Positions 48,521-53,044 of a DNA stretch of 53,044 nucleotides are shown here, one piece after another; the first letter of the stretch is position 1; the number at the start of each line of letters is the position of its first letter. Below the pieces are notes generated by a model. That model did not search any database. It was given only the letters and a program-made list of their open reading frames with translations, and was not told the origin of the DNA. Made by a program: the position numbers and the translations under genes. The stretch is taken from positions 1-53,044 of the forward strand of contig WELA01000746.1 in NCBI GenBank assembly GCA_009602735.1. Direction: 5' to 3'. This stretch comes from Mesotaenium endlicherianum (Eukaryota).

Positions 48521-49536
48521 CCGTGGCGAGGGGGTGGGGGTGGTGGTGGCGGGGGGATGGGACGGGGTAGTGTGGGTGCAGGTCCAAAAAGGGGTCTGTG
48601 CGACGAGGGCGTGAGCGCCAACCTCGCCATCCCTCGCTGTGCCAGGTGAGCGACACGACTTGCTCCCCCCCCCCCCACAGGTCCTCCCTCGCCTCCCTGC
48701 TGCAGCCAGCAGCCTCACTGAACACGTGACGTGATCAAACAGGGGTGGGGGTGGGGGTGGATGTAATGAATCAGTATATTAGTGGAGATAATATTCATTT
48801 AAATATAATAGTTAATTAAGTTCAGCTTGCTGAACTTTAGTTAATAGTCTGTCTGCTGAACTTTACATAGTTATTAGTTTAATGACTCAGCCGGAAGCAG
48901 CAGGCTGAAGTCCATATAAGTCAGCTTGCTGACCCATTCTTTGACAGCCAGCTGAGTTCCGTACTCGGTAGCAGCGAACTGCCTTGACGTACACCTAAGT
49001 ACAATATGTTAGATGAATGGCCAGATGACATCTCTATGATGGATGGCTATTCGGGATGATGGGAGATGGCGGTGGATTTGGTTAACCGAGGTCCTACCAA
49101 CGTGGTTAACTCCCGGGTAGGCGGTGCCATCGCACTGACCGTTGAACAGTAAACTCATTCCATGTACATATGCTAGGCATTGCTCTCGAGTTCGGCATTC
49201 GGAAACGAGGCCAACTCTCTTGTACAGCTTACTGAGAGAGATCTGAATCCAAGGCGAGAAGCCATTGATACGCACTGTCTTCTAACCTTGCTTATGTATG
49301 AGTTTACTGATTTGCATTATTGATGCTAGTTTACTCGCATTTGACTTACGAGTATTATTCCCTGCTAGTGTATTGTCCTTTGCCGTTTAACCAGTTAACG
49401 GAAATACCATAAAGATTACTTGCTGATATAAAGATCTTTATTAATTGTTAATCGCCTATTTGGTAAGTCGATTCATTTCAGNTGGTAAGTCAATTCATTT
49501 CAGTGGTATCGGAGCTGTTATCAGAGTCTTCTTTGT

Positions 49537-51041
49537 ATGGTAAGGACAAGGTCTCAAACTAGCACCTCCCGAGACATGGAAAACCAGGATAACGAGAATG
49601 TCAAAAACCAGACGGAAAGCCATGTAGCGGGAAACCGTACCTATCCTGAAGCAGTAGCAGATACTGCAGCTAGAGAGGCTGCAGATGAGGCAGCTGCTAT
49701 TGCCGCAGTCGCAGCACAGCAAGCTGAGGAGGAGAGAGCCAGNNNNNNNNNNNNNNNNNNNNNNNNNNNNNNNNNNNNNNNNNNNNNNNNNNNNNNNNNN
49801 NNNNNNNNNNNNNNNNNNNNNNNNNNNNNNNNNNNNNNNNNNNNNNNNNNNNNNNNNNNNNNNNNNNNNNNNNNNNNNNNNNNNNNNNNNNNNNNNNNNN
49901 NNNNNNNNNNNNNNNNNNNNNNNNNNNNNNNNNNNNNNNNNNNNNNNNNNNNNNNNNNNNNNNNNNNNNNNNNNNNNNNNNNNNNNNNNNNNNNNNNNNN
50001 NNNNNNNNNNNNNNNNNNNNNNNNNNNNNNCTACCAACCCAAAGTGTAGACTTGGGAGCATTGTTCGTTCAGATGCAGTCGCAAATGGCGACCATGTATC
50101 AGTCCGAGCAGGAGGACAAAAGAATCATAATGTCCCTACTGCGGGACAGAGACCAACTGGGGTCTCACACCACTAGTGGTGGTGGCCGAGGGCCTAGTAA
50201 GCCCAAGCCGAAACCTCCTCAGGACTATGATCCTGAGGGAAACAGAAAATATTACCTGATCAAGTTTCTCGCGGATGTTGAGCAGTGGCTGGAGAACTAC
50301 CCAGAACTGCAAGATTACGAGAAGGTCAGGCACACCGGTGCGCTACTGAAAGGCAGTGCCGCAGACTGGTGGCTTTACTGGAAGGAAGAGCGTAAGGCTC
50401 GGCAACTCGGTGACCCTACGTGGGTAGAGTTTGTCGAGAAGTTGCATGAGAAGTTTGATGTCATCAACCAGCAGGAGAAAGCTATCTATGCGATGATCTC
50501 CCTGACACTGAAGCAGACCACTTCAGTTGCTGAGTTTGCTCAAAAGTTCCAAGAGAACATGATGAAGCAGCCTGATTTGCCAGAACGGTATAGGATAGCA
50601 TACTTCAGGTATGGCTTGAAATCCGAGGTCTCTGGTCATTTTGCTGAGAAAAAGTATGAGAAACTGGCTGACTTGATCCAGGATGCTGACGCCTGGGATC
50701 AGCAGCAGTTCAATCACAAGCGCCAGAGTAACGCTTTGGTGTCTAAGATTGTCAAAAAGCCCCACGGTTCCTACAATGCAGTTGAAGGAGACCAGGCTGA
50801 GGATAATCAGGGTGATGAATATGAGTATGAGTACAATGCTATTCAGTCTAGAGGTAGAGGTGGTCCCTCTCGAGGTGGCTATGGAAGGGGTGGTGGTAGG
50901 ACTAAGCCGAGACCAGCCTCAGCAAAATCTACTTGCTACCATTGTCAGCAGAAAGGCCACTACAGAGAACAGTGTCCGGTCAAGCACCTGCCTAAGGTCG
51001 AGAGAAAAGACCAGCCTTTAAAAGACAGCAACAGTCAGTAA
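49537..51041 (+). CDS. gag: C3 Gag, spans N gap 49743-50030
   Basis: MVRTRSQT start; ORF 50052-51041 with gag motifs, RGG tract and [14 protein letters not shown]. Confidence 0.88.
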
Positions 51042-51058
51042 TCCAGTCTACTGACTGT
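51017..51058 (+). promoter_or_regulatory. Putative -1 ribosomal frameshift signal in C3
   Basis: T_TTA_AAA 51017-51023 in gag frame; spacer GACAGCA; stem 51031-51040 / 51049-51058. Confidence 0.8.
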
Positions 51059-53044
51059 GAGGATGCTAGAGATAGTGAGTCGTCACTAGCTGCCCTCGTA
51101 GCAGGTATTATGGGTCCTGCTGAACTGGATTCACTATGCATGCCTGACAACCAGATAAAGGAGACCATCAGCAATATAGACGTCCAGAGAGTGCACACTC
51201 TGGATGCTCTTGTTCCACCTGATGTCCAACATTTCTTTGCTACGTCAGGAGAACAATGCGAAAGTCAGGAAAAGACAGTCCCCCCTATCCTACTGCATTG
51301 CATGATTGCAGGTAGGAAGGTGAGGGCATTTGTTGACGGAGGGGCGTCACATACTTTTATCCACAAGGACTTAGTTAAGCGGCTAAGGCTGCCTACTGTC
51401 ACCCAAGGGAATAGAAAAATATTCCTTGGAGATGCCTCAAGTATCCCGGGAGGAGTTATAACCAAGCCTATTGAGGTCCAGTTAGGTTCTGGCATTGCAG
51501 TTCTAACTGAAACGCTTACATTTGAGGTACTCAACACTGGCTTTTATGATCTCGTGCTAGGCAGGTCCTGGCTTAATAGACATCAAGCTGAAGTGTGTTG
51601 GAGCAGAGGTACAGTTAAAGTGAGAGGAGCCAGTGATGGGCAGACTGACTTGGCACCCACCAGTGCTCTTCCTCTTGTCCTGTGTGGATGGCAAATGAAG
51701 GAAAAGAAGAGGCTTCCAGAAGGATGCAAGTTGCTGAATGCAATGGAGTTCGTCAAAAGCTGGAACCAGAAGGAAGACAGAATGTTCTGTCTGCTGCTAA
51801 GAGAGGTACCTCCTCAACCTGAAGAAGTGGTTGAGAAAAAGGTACACCCTCCGGAGCACCCTACTGCTGCAAACATTGTTGCTCAGTACACGGATGTGTT
51901 TAATATGCCTCCAGGACTACCCCCTAAGCGGGAAGTAGATCATAGGATTGATTTATTACCTGGTAGCCAGCCACCCTGGCAACGCACGTATGGCTTGTCT
52001 TATTTGGAGAGTGAGGAGTTGAAAACACAGATTGCAGAGCTGGAGGAAAATGGTTACATTTCTCCCAGTAAATCACCGTACGGCGCACCTATCCTATTTG
52101 TTAAGAAAAAGGATGGCAGTATGCGGATGTGTGTGGATTACAGAGCCCTGAACAGAATTACAGTAAAGAACAAGTATGCTTTACCCAGAATCGAGGACTT
52201 GCTTGATACCCTGTCTGGCGCTAAGGTGTTCAGTAAGATAGATCTCAAGAGTGGTTATCATCAAATCAGAATTGCTGAGGGGGATGAACACAAGACTGCC
52301 TTCCGCACACGTTATGGACACTATGAGTTCAACGTGATGCCATTTGGACTGACTAATGCTCCTGCTACCTTCATGGGTGCTATGAATGACATTTTCAGAC
52401 CTTATTTGGATAAGTTTGTGCAAGTTTTCCTGGATGATATTTTAATTTTCTCTAAAGATGAAGCTCAGCACACTGAACACTTAAAGACAGTCCTGGACAC
52501 TCTGCGGAAAAATCACTTATATGCTAAAATGAGCAAGTGTGATTTCTTTAAGGAAAGTATTGAATTCTTAGGCCACGTTGTCAGTAAAGAGGGCATCAGT
52601 GTGGATCCTAAGAAAGTCCAGACCATAAGGGACTGGCCAGTACCACAGTCTGTCTCTGAAGTTAGATCTTTCCTTGGGTTGGCTAACTACTATAGGAGAT
52701 TTATTGAGAATTATTCCACAAAGGCCAGTAAACTGACTGACCTTACTAAGAAAGACATCGGGTATGTGTGGGGGGAAGAGCAGCAGGCTGCCTTCCAGAC
52801 CCTTAAAGATGCCCTTTGTTCTGCCCCAGTGCTAGCCGTGTATGACGCCACCAAACCGGTGCAGGTGGTTACTGATGCCTCTGATTTTGCCATGGGTGCT
52901 AGTTTGTTGCAGCCTGCTGACAAAACCACAAAGGATGGTAAGGTACGGCAGGAGTGGCATCTCGTGCTGTATGAGTCTATGAAATTTAATCCAGCGGAGA
53001 TTAATTACTCGGTGCATGATAAAGAGCTGCTAGCTATCATTCAT
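51017..53044 (+). CDS. pol: C3 Pol (PR-RT-RNase H), incomplete at window edge
   Basis: Collinear with C1 pol; no stop noticed before the window end. Confidence 0.9.

Larger units (their letters stand above)
48762..53044 (+). mobile_element. Gypsy element C3, 5' half, runs off the window
   Basis: 5' LTR 48762-49480 (TGTAATGAATC...GATTCATTTCA); PBS TGGTATCGGAGC 49504-49515; gag and pol nearly identical to C1. Confidence 0.95.

Noticed and set aside
47911..48725. Many overlapping ORFs in the GC-rich island
   Set aside because: Expected from stop-codon scarcity at high GC; only the + frame from 47990 has recognisable motifs.
48741..48761. G-rich tract before the C3 LTR as a PPT
   Set aside because: The LTR is followed by a PBS and gag (across an N-join), so it is read as a 5' LTR; the tract does not match the family PPT and looks like host G-runs.

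Overview
Eukaryotic, transposon-saturated region with no intact host gene; a DUO3/GON4L-like gene fragment suggests a green-plant-lineage (probably streptophyte) host, which is inference. It holds three Ty3/gypsy LTR retrotransposon families (called A, B, C here) in nests resolvable by 5-bp target-site duplications (TSDs). A1 (11126-27813, -) contains a solo B LTR and A2 (16843-26871, +), and A2 contains B1 (21303-25166, -). A degenerate B2 (28245-~32869, +) is fused to C2 (~32870-47989, -), which contains C1 (33103-41892, -) and a piggyBac in its LTR. C3 (48762 to window end, +) and old C-type LTR remnants complete the set. Three TTAA-flanked piggyBac elements from two families lie at 1294-3403, 3688-5664 and 44098-47375. 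Most notable: (1) both piggyBac families share an N-terminal domain resembling a Tudor barrel; (2) C1 has an extra ~560-codon ORF between pol and the 3' LTR, bracketed by two identical polypurine-tract copies and containing a chromodomain-like motif; (3) all three gypsy families have a -1 frameshift heptamer followed by a hairpin whose 5' arm overlaps the gag stop; (4) a pseudogenised DUO3-like fragment is trapped between back-to-back LTRs. Single-N joins and two N gaps limit interpretation, and all homology calls are by eye.
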